Source of the DNA: Octopus sinensis
Taxonomy: Eukaryota
DNA length: 64,000 nucleotides
Assembly: GCF_006345805.1 (NCBI RefSeq)
Contig: NC_042998.1
Coordinates: 6,882,001-6,946,000, forward strand
Reading direction: 5' to 3'
Position numbers and translations under genes: made by a program. Below, in pieces: positions 12,251-23,360 of the stretch. Under the pieces are notes generated by a model. That model worked only from the letters and a program-made list of their open reading frames with translations. It was not told where the DNA came from and made no database searches. Position 1 is the stretch's first letter. Every line of letters starts with the position of its first letter.

Positions 12251-12369
12251 TGTAACTAGTTTGTAATGGGTTCAATTCCTAGGCATGGCCACAGTCCAAT
12301 GACTGAAACTAGTAAAAGATAAAAGATAAAAAGAGGAATAGTGGAGAAGTCTGGTTTTTATTATTATTA

Positions 12370-12401
<32 letters not shown>

Positions 12402-12403
<2 letters not shown>

Positions 12404-12785
12404 GGCAGCAAGCTGACAGAAATGTTTGCACACCAGGCAAAAAGCATGGCACCTTGGGCAAGTGTCTTCTACTATAGCCTTGGGCCAACCAAAGCCTTGT
12501 GAGTGGATTTGGTAGACGGAAACTGAAAGAAGCCCGTCGTATATATATATATATGTGTGTGTATGTGTATATGTTTGTGTGTCTGTGTTTGTCCCCCTAG
12601 CATTGCTTGACAACCAATGCTGATGTGTTTACCTCTCCATAACTTACCAGTTCGGCAAAAGAGACCAATAGAATAAGTACTAGACTTACAAAGAATAAGT
12701 CCTGGGGTCGATTTGCTTGACTAAAGGCAGTGCTCCAGCATGGCCACAGTCAAATGACTGAAACAAGTAAAAGAGTAAAAAAAAA
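12402..12785 (+). mobile_element. Chimeric SINE: family A head fused to family B body
   Basis: taaggcagcaagctgacagaaatg...caccaggcaaaa followed directly by gcatggcaccttgggcaagtg...(family B) ending gtaaaagagtaaaa. Confidence 0.7.
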
Positions 12786-13499
12786 AGAGTACACCTAATG
12801 CACCTACTATGATGTTTTTAGACTCCATATTCGAGTTACCTCTATTTCCAGGTCTTTTACTACTACTACTATTATTATCATTATTATTATTATTATCATC
12901 ATCATTAATCTTCTGTCTTCCTCTGGATGTAAAGGTCATTTTAAAACTTAAACCACATACTTCTGTTTTGAGCTATTTCTCCCATTTCCATCCAGTTTTC
13001 TTCATTAACTTCTCTCATCATCATTCTTAGCCTTGCTCCCCATCCCTTTCTACCCTACAGTTTTACAAGTCAAAAGCTTGCTTCATAAGACTTGCTTCTT
13101 TTAACCTACCTATTTCCATCTCGAAAATTTAGTACAGATATTTACATCCCCCCCACCCAGCACTTCTCAAGCTATTAAATACCACCGTTCCCCATCACTC
13201 TCAAAATTAAAAAAAAAAAAACCCTGAAATTTTATGCTTTATTCTCCATACCATTAATTTTACTAACGAGAAGACAAACCAGAATTTGCATTCATTATTC
13301 GTCTTTCTTTGCCATAGTATCTTGGATAAGTTTGAACCACCATAACTTTACTGTTGCTTGTTAAATCCACACAGGCCCCACCCCACATAGCTCTCAACCT
13401 AATCACTTTCTTTATAAAAACATTAGTTGTCTGCTATTGTTAGTTAAACCCCCAGCATTTTCCTCAAAGCCTTATTCTCAAAAGCCAAAATTTTTGTAG

Positions 13500-14070
13500 C
13501 AGTAATTACTGTGATATACTTTGAGGGATTGTCCATGGGTTAAAATGGTTCATAGAAGAGAAATATAAAGTTTTATTTTTGTATGTCTCGATATTATATT
13601 TGAAATTCATACTGGTTGATGGTGATCTTATCAAAATTCAGATAAATTTAGGAGTGCTGCAAGGTAGTATATTATTGCCTGCACTCTTTCTCATTGCTTA
13701 TTGATTTTGTAATGTGTAAACAGAAGAGAGAAAGGAAATTATGGAAAAGATTTGATTAAAGGAAAAAAAAAAAAAAGTGATAGGACTTGGATTAATGTTG
13801 GTGATATTGTATCGATGGCGCCATCTTAAGAAGAAACACAGGAAATACTAAATAACTTTGTTACTCAAGGAAAAAATGTTAGATTCCTAATTAAGAAGAG
13901 TAAAACAAAGATAATAATGAGAATCCGAAACAACAATGGCCTTGATTACTGCATAGAAGAAGAAATGAGTGAATTCACCAAAAGCTATAATTAAGTGGGC
14001 GCAATTCTTGCAATGGTTCCCTTCAGATGGAATTTTAAGAGAGGCTAAGGATGACTGAAGAAGCAATGAA
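13500..14070 (+). mobile_element. Degenerate RTE-clade LINE reverse transcriptase fragment
   Basis: GVLQGSILLPALFLIA.DFVM (GVRQGC.LSP.LF motif), DLD...DIV (FADD region), ..KSKTKIMRI. Confidence 0.7.
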
Positions 14071-14334
14071 GATACATCTCTCTCTCTTTCTCTCTCTCTC
14101 TTTCTCATATATGTCTATGTGCATGTGTGTGTTTTTTATGCTTTTATTCTTTGGATTGTGGCTATACGGGGGCACCAGCTTCAAGAGTTTTAGTCAGTAT
14201 TATTGATGTTTTATAATTTGATTCTTATTTTATCATAACTATTTGCCAGACTGCTAAGTTACTGGACATAAAATGACTCGTCACAGACAATACTGGTCTT
14301 AGACCAATGTAAACATAAACACACACACACAAAT

Positions 14335-14374
<40 letters not shown>

Positions 14375-15208
14375 GCACAGATACATATACATACAGAAGC
14401 ATACACAAACGCACAAATATACACAGACATGACAGAAGTAGATAGACACCCTTATAATCATTAGAATATATTTAAATCTTTATTGTACATTTAAATTATT
14501 TATTAATTGTCATGGTGTGAATATTTGATATTTAGTAGACATTGCAAGGACCTTATTAGGCATGTTACTGATCAGATCACGAATATTCTCTTGAGGAACT
14601 TTTTGCCAAGTTTCATGCAGTAATCTCAAAAGATCTGGCTTTGAAGATGTTTTCTTGTTCTTTTTATGAAGTATCCTGACCATTATGTCCCAGCAGTGTT
14701 CAATAGGGTTCATATCTGGTGACTGGCTTGGCCATGGAAGCTTTTTAATGCCATTCTCATCCAAAAAGAGTTTTCTCTTATCCTTTCACCACTGGAGGAG
14801 ATTGGAAGGAGTCTTTTCTGCAATATGGACACATATCTGAGTTTATATTTCTCTCACACTCCACCAGCTCTGATTAACCATTGCTACAAATTCCTCCTTA
14901 GACCATCACAGAATAGCTGCCATGTTTCATTGTTGGCTGCAATATTTTCACATTAAATTCTTGATCAGAGGGTTTCCAGACCCACACTTGATCACTGTCA
15001 GGAAATGACAGTGTCCTAAAATGCTAGTAGTCTCTCCACCATCTCACTGGTGCGACCGTTTCTCTGTTTGATGTTGGCTGGTCGAAGAAGTGGCTTCTTT
15101 CTTGCTGCTCTGCCATAATAACCAAGTTTGTGGAGAAACCTTACAGTTGTTCTGGGACTGATATCAACTTGTTTTCCTATGTCAGAAGCCTTGTAATGAG
15201 GATTATCC

Positions 15209-15437
15209 AGTTCTATATTTAAGAGAGGAGGAATTATGTACATTATTTACATTTGACGGGTATTTATCCTCATCTTGTTTGTTGTTAACACAACATTTCA
15301 GCTGATATACCCTCCAGCCTTCTTCAGGTGTCTTGCGGAAATTTCAAACCTAATGAAGGCTGGAGGGTATATCAACCGAAACATTGTGTTAACAACAAAC
15401 AAGATGAGGACAAATAACCGTCAAATGTAAATAATGT
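15209..15437. mobile_element. Fold-back insertion with two inverted hammerhead-like cores (Penelope-like non-autonomous element)
   Basis: 13-bp TSD atgaggattatcc (15196-15208, 15438-15450) splitting the Tc1 ORF at DNPH; ~89-bp inverted arms 15240-15328 / 15349-15437. Confidence 0.85.
15287..15332 (-). ncRNA. Minimal type-I hammerhead ribozyme-like motif (degenerate)
   Basis: GACAC-CUGAAGA-A-GGCUG-GAGGGUAUAU-CAGCU-GAAA-UGUU-GUGUU: 5-bp stem I, CUGANGA, stem II, GAAA, NUH. Confidence 0.6.
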
Positions 15438-15811
15438 ATGAGGATTATCCTCCACACTTTTCTTAACAAATAGAAGGGGTCCTGTCAGAGGGCCCTGGTT
15501 GATCTGGGCGAGGTGATGTGGACTCCTTCCCTCTCTGATGAACTGCACATTCACTCTATTAACTGCAGAAAGTAGAATCCCAAGGTTTCCTGCAATTTTA
15601 CATTATGTCCACCTTCAGAATGACCCACAATGCAGCCTCTTTGAAATTCAGACAGTTCCAAGGCTTCTTTTGTACGTGGCATGATTAAACAGTCACATAT
15701 AGATCTTGAAATATAAAAATGCCCATTAATAAAAAATATAAGCTTTTACGAGTAAGAATAAACATAAAACGATGTTTTATAGGGTGTCTATGTACTTCTG
15801 CTATGTCTGTG

Positions 15812-15856
15812 TATATATATGTATGTATATATATATATCTATATATATATATACAT

Positions 15857-15901
<45 letters not shown>

Positions 15902-15906
15902 CATAC

Positions 15907-15939
<33 letters not shown>

Positions 15940-16209
15940 AAAACATACATACATATATATATACATACATACATATATATATACATACATACATATATAT
16001 ATACATACATACATACATACATATATATATACATATATATATATTATATATATATATATACACACATACACATATATATATATATATTATATATATATAT
16101 ATAAAAACATACATACATATATATATAATACATACATACATATATATATACATACATACATATATATATACATACATACATACATATATATACATACATA
16201 CATACATAC

Positions 16210-16242
<33 letters not shown>

Positions 16243-16315
16243 CACACATACACATATATACACACACACATACATACATATTGAAACACATACAAACATG
16301 TGTGTGTGTGTGTCT
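15812..16315. repeat. (TA)n/(TACA)n microsatellite
   Basis: Directly visible. Confidence 0.97.
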
Positions 16316-16784
16316 ATATCAGTGTGGGATTTCTTAATTGCTATGTCAAATGAAATTTCTTTGTAATATTTCAATATGCTGGCTGCCTCGGTTTACAATC
16401 AATTGATTGGTATTCATTTTATCAACCTGAGAGGAAGATGAAGGCAAACAAAATACTAGAGTGGATAATATAATCAACTCGAACCTCGAACACTGTGCCT
16501 GTACATGGCTGCAGTCCTATAACTGGAGTCAGGGAGAAAATAAAAGAAGAATAAAGAAGATATCTATTTTGCTAGGCATGAAGTCATTTTGCTCTAGAGT
16601 TAATAGTTTTAGTCTATGAGCATGACCTTTGAATCTTATCTGTGCTTAGCATATTGAAGTTAGAATTATGGAATTTAAAGTAGTTTTGAACGAAGAAAAA
16701 AATGGAAGCATTTAGTTTGGCAGTTCTCTTTTACCAATAACATTTTTACCTGCGTGCATAGCTCCCTAACAGACAGCATATTAA

Positions 16785-17005
16785 CCCTTTCGTTACCAAC
16801 CTGGCTGAAATCAGCTCTGGCTCTGAGTACAAATGTCTTGTTTTTATAAGTTTTGAATTAAAATCTTCCACCAAACCTTAGTCACAATTTTATGTTCTTA
16901 ACACTAACTTAATGTTAATTAAGTTATTTTACTATATTCTTTGTTATATTCAAAGTAATTCAAAGAAACACAGAGCATCTCAAAATAGATATGGTAACGA
17001 AAGGG
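16785..17005. mobile_element. piggyBac-type MITE
   Basis: Perfect 14-bp TIR CCCTTTCGTTACCA/TGGTAACGAAAGGG, TTAA on both sides. Confidence 0.9.
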
Positions 17006-17029
17006 TTAACAAAGATATCGTTGGGAATA

Positions 17030-17250
17030 GACACAGGCATGGCTGTGTGGTTAAGAAACTGGCTTTGTATCTGCACAGTTTCAAGTTCAGTTCCGCTGCG
17101 AGGTACCTTAGTGGTTCAGCAAAAGAGACCGAGAGAATAAGTACTGGGCTTACAAAAGAATAAGTCCTGGGTTCGATTTGCTCGATTAAAGGCAGTGCTC
17201 CAGCATGGTCACAGTCAAATGACTGAAACTAGTAAAAGAGTAAAAGAGAG
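17030..17250 (+). mobile_element. SINE family B, internally deleted
   Basis: caggcatggctgtgtggttaag head joined to gcaaaagagaccgagagaataagtactggg...gtaaaagag tail. Confidence 0.75.
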
Positions 17251-17596
17251 AGAGAGTACTCAGTAATCTGAAAAGGTATACGTTGATAAGATTGGTTTAT
17301 CTATGAGAAAAAGTGTAAAGTATTGATATAATGTCTCATGAAAGGTATTTAAAATTATGTAGCATTAAGAAAATGGTTTGGTATTTAATTTATCAGCCTT
17401 GGAGGAAAATGAAAGACAGATTTAACTGGTTATAAAGAGAGGCTAGTGAGACTATCAGAATATCACACAGTATTTTCATTTGACATTTTGATTTGGAAAC
17501 CCACATTGATATAGACATATACACACACATATACACATACACATATATAAATGGGTGTGTATAAATGTACATTATATTAACACATACACACATTAA

Positions 17597-17800
17597 TCCT
17601 TTAGCATTCAGATTAATACGTAAAGTGTAATGCTTATTTATTCACAATGTTTTGGATTAATCTTGCATTATCTTGTAGCTTTGAGATTTCAATGATGTGA
17701 TTGTTTATTTTTAGAATGACATTGTAGGATAGGTGTGAGAGGCTGAACACAGAATAGGAAGAATATTTGAGCCTGATATGGTTAGATTAAATGTTAAATG
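17597..17800. mobile_element. piggyBac-type MITE (second family), degenerate
   Basis: ttaa|tcctttagcattc...aatgttaaatg|ttaa; reverse-complement homolog at 59152-59379; a family A SINE fragment follows at 17801-17945. Confidence 0.75.
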
Positions 17801-18239
17801 TTAAGGTGGCAAATTGGCAGAAGAATTGGCATACTGGACAAAATGTTTTTCTGCATTTTTTCTGGCTTTATGTCCTGAGTTCAAATTCTGCTGAGGTCAA
17901 TTTTTGCTTTTTGTCCTTTTGAGGTTTGGTAAAATAAGAACCAAAGCAAGCTTCTCAGCCAAACAGTCATGTCTGCAGCTGTATATTATTTTTTTTTCTA
18001 TTTTACCCTTATTTTTCACATTATTTTGATTCAGATAGTTTCTTCATCATATCAAACTCTGTTAGAATGTTAAAAATCTGTCCAGACTTTGACAGTTGAA
18101 AAGCATGATTTCCTATTTGTTAAAGAGTCTGTGATAACAGTCTTAAAAAGCTAAAGAGGTATTGTTTACTACACATGACTTGCAAATCACTATTAAGAAT
18201 GATGTCTCTCTCTTTCATTATATCTGTCAATTTATCATC

Positions 18240-18770
<531 letters not shown>

Positions 18771-19161
18771 TTTAGAATTTGTTACACTATCAGCTACACA
18801 AATATCTGTGTTTGCACATTTGTGTTTCTGTGAATTTGTGCCTATATATATATATATATATTTATTTATACTCATGCGTGTATGTGAGAATATGCAAATG
18901 AGAAAAAGAAAATGTAAAGCAAAAAAACTAAACTATTACATTCTTGTATCACAGGGAATTTTTATTTTCAAGTGCCAATATCAAATGAGATTTTTTCCTA
19001 CTAGAACTAATGTAAATTACGTGAATGAAGCAAATGGTATTCTCTTTTTTTGCCTTAATTTTATTTTACAATTCTTGTCTCATAGAAAAGGATACTTTTA
19101 GATTCTTACTTCCCTTAAGACAAGATCCCATATTCAGCAATGATATCACTCTCTCCTTCTT

Positions 19162-19192
<31 letters not shown>

Positions 19193-20734
19193 GATAATAA
19201 CAAAAGTAGAACTGGGCTTTCATCAGTTGTTTAGGCATACATACATATGTACTTATGTGTGTATACAAACATACACACATAGAGATGAGTATACAAATAT
19301 ATACACATATTTCTTTGCACAAGGATATTGATCTTTGCTTCTATAGTGGGTTTGAATATTTTCTGTTACTTCTAATAGCATGTTCTCTCACTCTGAAAGT
19401 TTAATTTTGGATCTCAAAAACAGCCACTTTTGCGAATCTCTAATAGAACGCACTTGGGTGAAGTAGTTTAATTTTGATCTCATGTGTGAGAGGAAAAAAC
19501 CAAAAAGGAAAAAAACAAAAGAAGAGGAAAAAAAATAGCAATGGATAGCAGAGACATAGTTACATGGGTTTTGCTGCTAAATGTGAAAAATGAGAACGAA
19601 ATACAAATGATCGGTTGAAACTAGTTTCGTACAGCAGATTTGGTTGATAATTGACCTGTGAATCCTAATTATTTAAATCCAATGATTTTTCGACTGCTAG
19701 GTTGATGGATTTGTTCTTTTAGTCTTTTGTGAATTTTTTTTTTTTTTTTTTTGTAACATCGATTTCTTACATTGGCCTAAGGCTTTAAATTAATGGTGAA
19801 GGAGAGAACCAATTGGATGACATTACCGTATTTCTCAAACATGGTAACATGTGAAGTGGAATTGTTCTAACTGAGAAATATATTGTTTTTTTTTTCTTCT
19901 TTTTTTGGTCTTTTGGATTTTTTTTTTAATATTTTAGAAAAAACATTATTAATAAAAAATATTAAGTAGTTTCCATGTTGAGGAAGAAATGGTGTGTGTG
20001 TGTGTGCATATGTGTGCGTGTGTGAATATCTGTTGTATATTTCGATCGTTTATCAAGTGGAGTAAAACTTTGGAAAGTACTCAATACTCTACCAAGCAAA
20101 GTTAATATTTCTTTGATTAACCAACTGATGCCTTACAATCAGACATTTTGCTTCAATAGATTCCTGTATTTCTTCAAGAAGATTTATCATCATAACCATC
20201 ATCAACAGCATCATCATTATCATCATTATTGTATGTCTACTTTCCATACTGGCATGAGTTCGACAGATTATTGCTGCTCTCCTAGAAGGATCAGCAGACC
20301 ACATCCCATTCTTAAGTTTCATTTCTGGCTCACATTCTTATGGCTAGATGTTTATCTGAACACCAATCCCTTTGTACCGTGTACGAGGTGCATATTTTCA
20401 TAAAAATAGTACTAGAGGTGTTGTCATGTCTTTGGCAAAATTAAAGGGTCCCTTTACTCCTACACTTAACAAAATGTACCTAGAGAAGTTTATTGTCAGA
20501 GGTAGGAGTGAGAAAGTGATGGATAGAAAGTGGTGAATAAAAGGTGAGTATGAGTAATGGATGTTGGTAATAAATGGCCAGTTGTGGGTTGGGTGTGTAG
20601 GTAATGTATATGGGGTACATGAAGGCCTGATGAGAATCCTTATCTGTCTCATGATGGATCAGAAAATTAAGATGATAAAAAACCTCGGCAATAAAGATAT
20701 GAGTGCTAGATAGCTGAAATATATATAAATATCA

Positions 20735-21062
20735 TCATCAACTTCATCATTATCCTTTAACGTCCATGTTCCATGCTGTCATGGATTGGATAGTTTGACA
20801 GGACCCAATATGTCCAAGAACTGCATCATGCTCTGGTTGTTTTGCCATGGTTTGTATGGCTGGGTGCCTTTCTTAACATCCACTACTTTTCAGTGTGCTA
20901 CACTTTCGAAGTGGTTGGCATTAGGAAGGGCATCAAGCTGTAGGAAGTTTGCCAGATCGAATTGGAGTCTGGTACATCCTTCTGGCTTGCCAGCCCCTAA
21001 GTCAAACCGTGCAACCCATGCCAGCATGGAAAGCAGACGTTAAACGACGACGATGATGATGA

Positions 21063-21065
<3 letters not shown>
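20735..21065. mobile_element. Head-to-head inverted pair of family E copies
   Basis: (CAT)n-tttaacgtcc...ccatgctgtcatgg on the left mirrors ccatgccagcatggaaagcagacgttaaac-(GAT)n on the right. Confidence 0.8.
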
Positions 21066-21117
<52 letters not shown>

Positions 21118-21312
21118 AGTATATTTTCCATTTAAATATGGCTAACCCTAAGGGTGGATGCTACTGTAGCTTGTAGCCCCAGGTGGACACCTCCTCCAGC
21201 TGGCTATAGACACACTTTCTGTGCCCCATCAGTATTTGCAAATACCTATGATACACACAGACTCGAGTTTCTGGATATTGGCCGTTATACCTCGCTCAGA
21301 GATTTATTTTTG

Positions 21313-21346
<34 letters not shown>

Positions 21347-21645
21347 AATTTAGAATCAATAGGGTATTTCATAGCAGGTGCTAAAATCAATTGGTATTGA
21401 AATATACATTACTTACTGATGTATTCAATGCAAAGGTAAGCCTGTTTGTGATATGTTCCTTGCATTGCCCATGATGGGGCATTGATGGGGGTTTTGGAGC
21501 CTTGGCTCTGATTTTAGCAAGTGGAGGTCGATTTCTTCAACTAAAGACGATGCTCCAGCATGGCCACAGTCAAATGACTGAAACAAGTAAATGAATAAAA
21601 GAATATGATTGTGTGTATGTGTGTGTGTGTATGTATGTATGTATG

Positions 21646-21749
<104 letters not shown>

Positions 21750-22990
21750 AGGAGAGAGAGTTGGATTGCTAGAAATAGTAGAGTTATTAAAATGCATATT
21801 AGTTAAGGATTCTTTTAAAATGTGAAGATAGATAAAAGTGAAAAGCAGAAAGCTTTATAAAAGGTGGAACAGTGAGAAGAAATCTTCAAAAGGTTAATGA
21901 TGAAAGAAAATGAAGTATACTCATAGATTAAGCCAAACGAAAACATCTCTTTAAAATTAGATTTGCAGAGAAGTTGATAGTGTTATAGGCAAGAGTATGT
22001 AAAATGAAAGACAAAAACTGTTTGTTTTGAAAGAGAAAATTTAAGACAAAGGTAATTTGCAAGAAGTAATTCCTTTTTTTTTTACTTTTTCTTTTTTGTT
22101 TTATTTATTTTTTTTGTTTTTGTTTTTTTTTGCCACATTCATCATTCATTTCAATTATCTTTGAAAAAGTTGAATAGTATATCACCTGCCTTGTGATATC
22201 CGGAAGGTACTACTTCAGAACACATCAAATTACTGTTCTAAAAACTTATATAAGACAACAAATTCAAGGGGTCTAACAAGATATGAAAGCGAAGAAAATA
22301 AGAATGAAGATAATTGATACTTTACATTGATTTGTTGTCAGCTTTCAGCTTTTCGGGGACAAAATAGAAAATAGCAATTATTATTTTTTTTTTTTTTTCT
22401 CACAGCAGACTGAATTTAATTTAGTTTAATTTTAGAATTTCAGATTTCCAATTTAAATGTTACCATTTCCAAAGTGATAAGCAAAGATGCAGTTTACTAG
22501 TAATGAATAGTAAAACTTCGGTTGAGAAAGTATTCTTAATTATATTACTGGATAAAGATCTCTAGTCAAGTATACTATCCATTAAGAAACATTTGTAGGA
22601 TAATCATTCTTAATCCTTAGGGTAAGCTGAAGATTTGATTTCTGATGAAGCTGCGTGTCTTAGACATTTATTATTGAATTCTACTGTCTTGATATTTAGA
22701 TATCTTAATAAGATCTCTAAGTCTACAGTTATTTATATCTAACCTTATTTTGTTTCAATGGCAACTATATTAAAGTTTAGTATCATGCTGTTATCATTTA
22801 CAATCACCTCCTGTCTTCTAGTTACCAAATATAAACTGAAACGATATATTAATGATTATGTCACTGTTCAATATCTCTGAGAAATTCTTATGAAATAATT
22901 TGTAGTTAACTCTGCATCAGTAAACTAATACAAGGAAAAATTTGACTATATAAGTGTATACTACAATGGAAACGAGACAAAAATATTATT

Positions 22991-23360
22991 TACTAGCAGC
23001 ATTGCCCAGCATTACTCAGGTTTGTTTCGACCCTTTAGAATTGGAATTTTTGAAAAGTAAAACTTTTGCATTATGTAGCTTGTTATTCTCTTTAAGTGAA
23101 CATTTTTCTGGTTGAAATACACCGAAAAATGGTGACACAGCAGTAAAAAAAATCTTTAAAAATAGGGATTTTCATAGAAAAAAAAGCACCTTTTTGATGT
23201 AAATAATTTTTGGTGTTAATATGGTCTGATTTGAATTTTTTCTTCTATCATACTCTCAATTTTGGTCAACTTGCACCACAGGGTCTCGGAAGAGATAGTG
23301 TTAGTTGAAGGATACCAAACCTGCCATACACAGACAACTTCAGCTTTATATATATATAGA
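22991..23360 (+). mobile_element. Non-autonomous Helentron/DINE-1-like element
   Basis: Starts tactagcagcattgcccagcattactcagg, ends acaacttcagctttatatatatag; same termini at 29068-29371 (minus) and 61375-61460. Confidence 0.65.

Larger units (their letters stand above)
14422..15811 (-). mobile_element. Full-length decayed Tc1-family DNA transposon
   Basis: ~35-bp imperfect TIRs cacagacatgacagaagtagatagacaccc (14422) / gggtgtctatgtacttctgctatgtctgtg (15811), both abutting TA; transposase remnants MPRTKEALELSEFQRGCIVG (ATG 15682), GYYGRAARKKPLL, QPTMKHGSYSVMV, WPSQSPDMNPIEHCW. Confidence 0.92.

Noticed and set aside
15685-16374. Many overlapping YI/CV-repeat ORFs (also 5700-6025, 18366-18775, 25487-25885, 28282-28815, 34587-35818, 36296-36655, 59435-60101)
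   Set aside because: Translations of di- and tetranucleotide microsatellites
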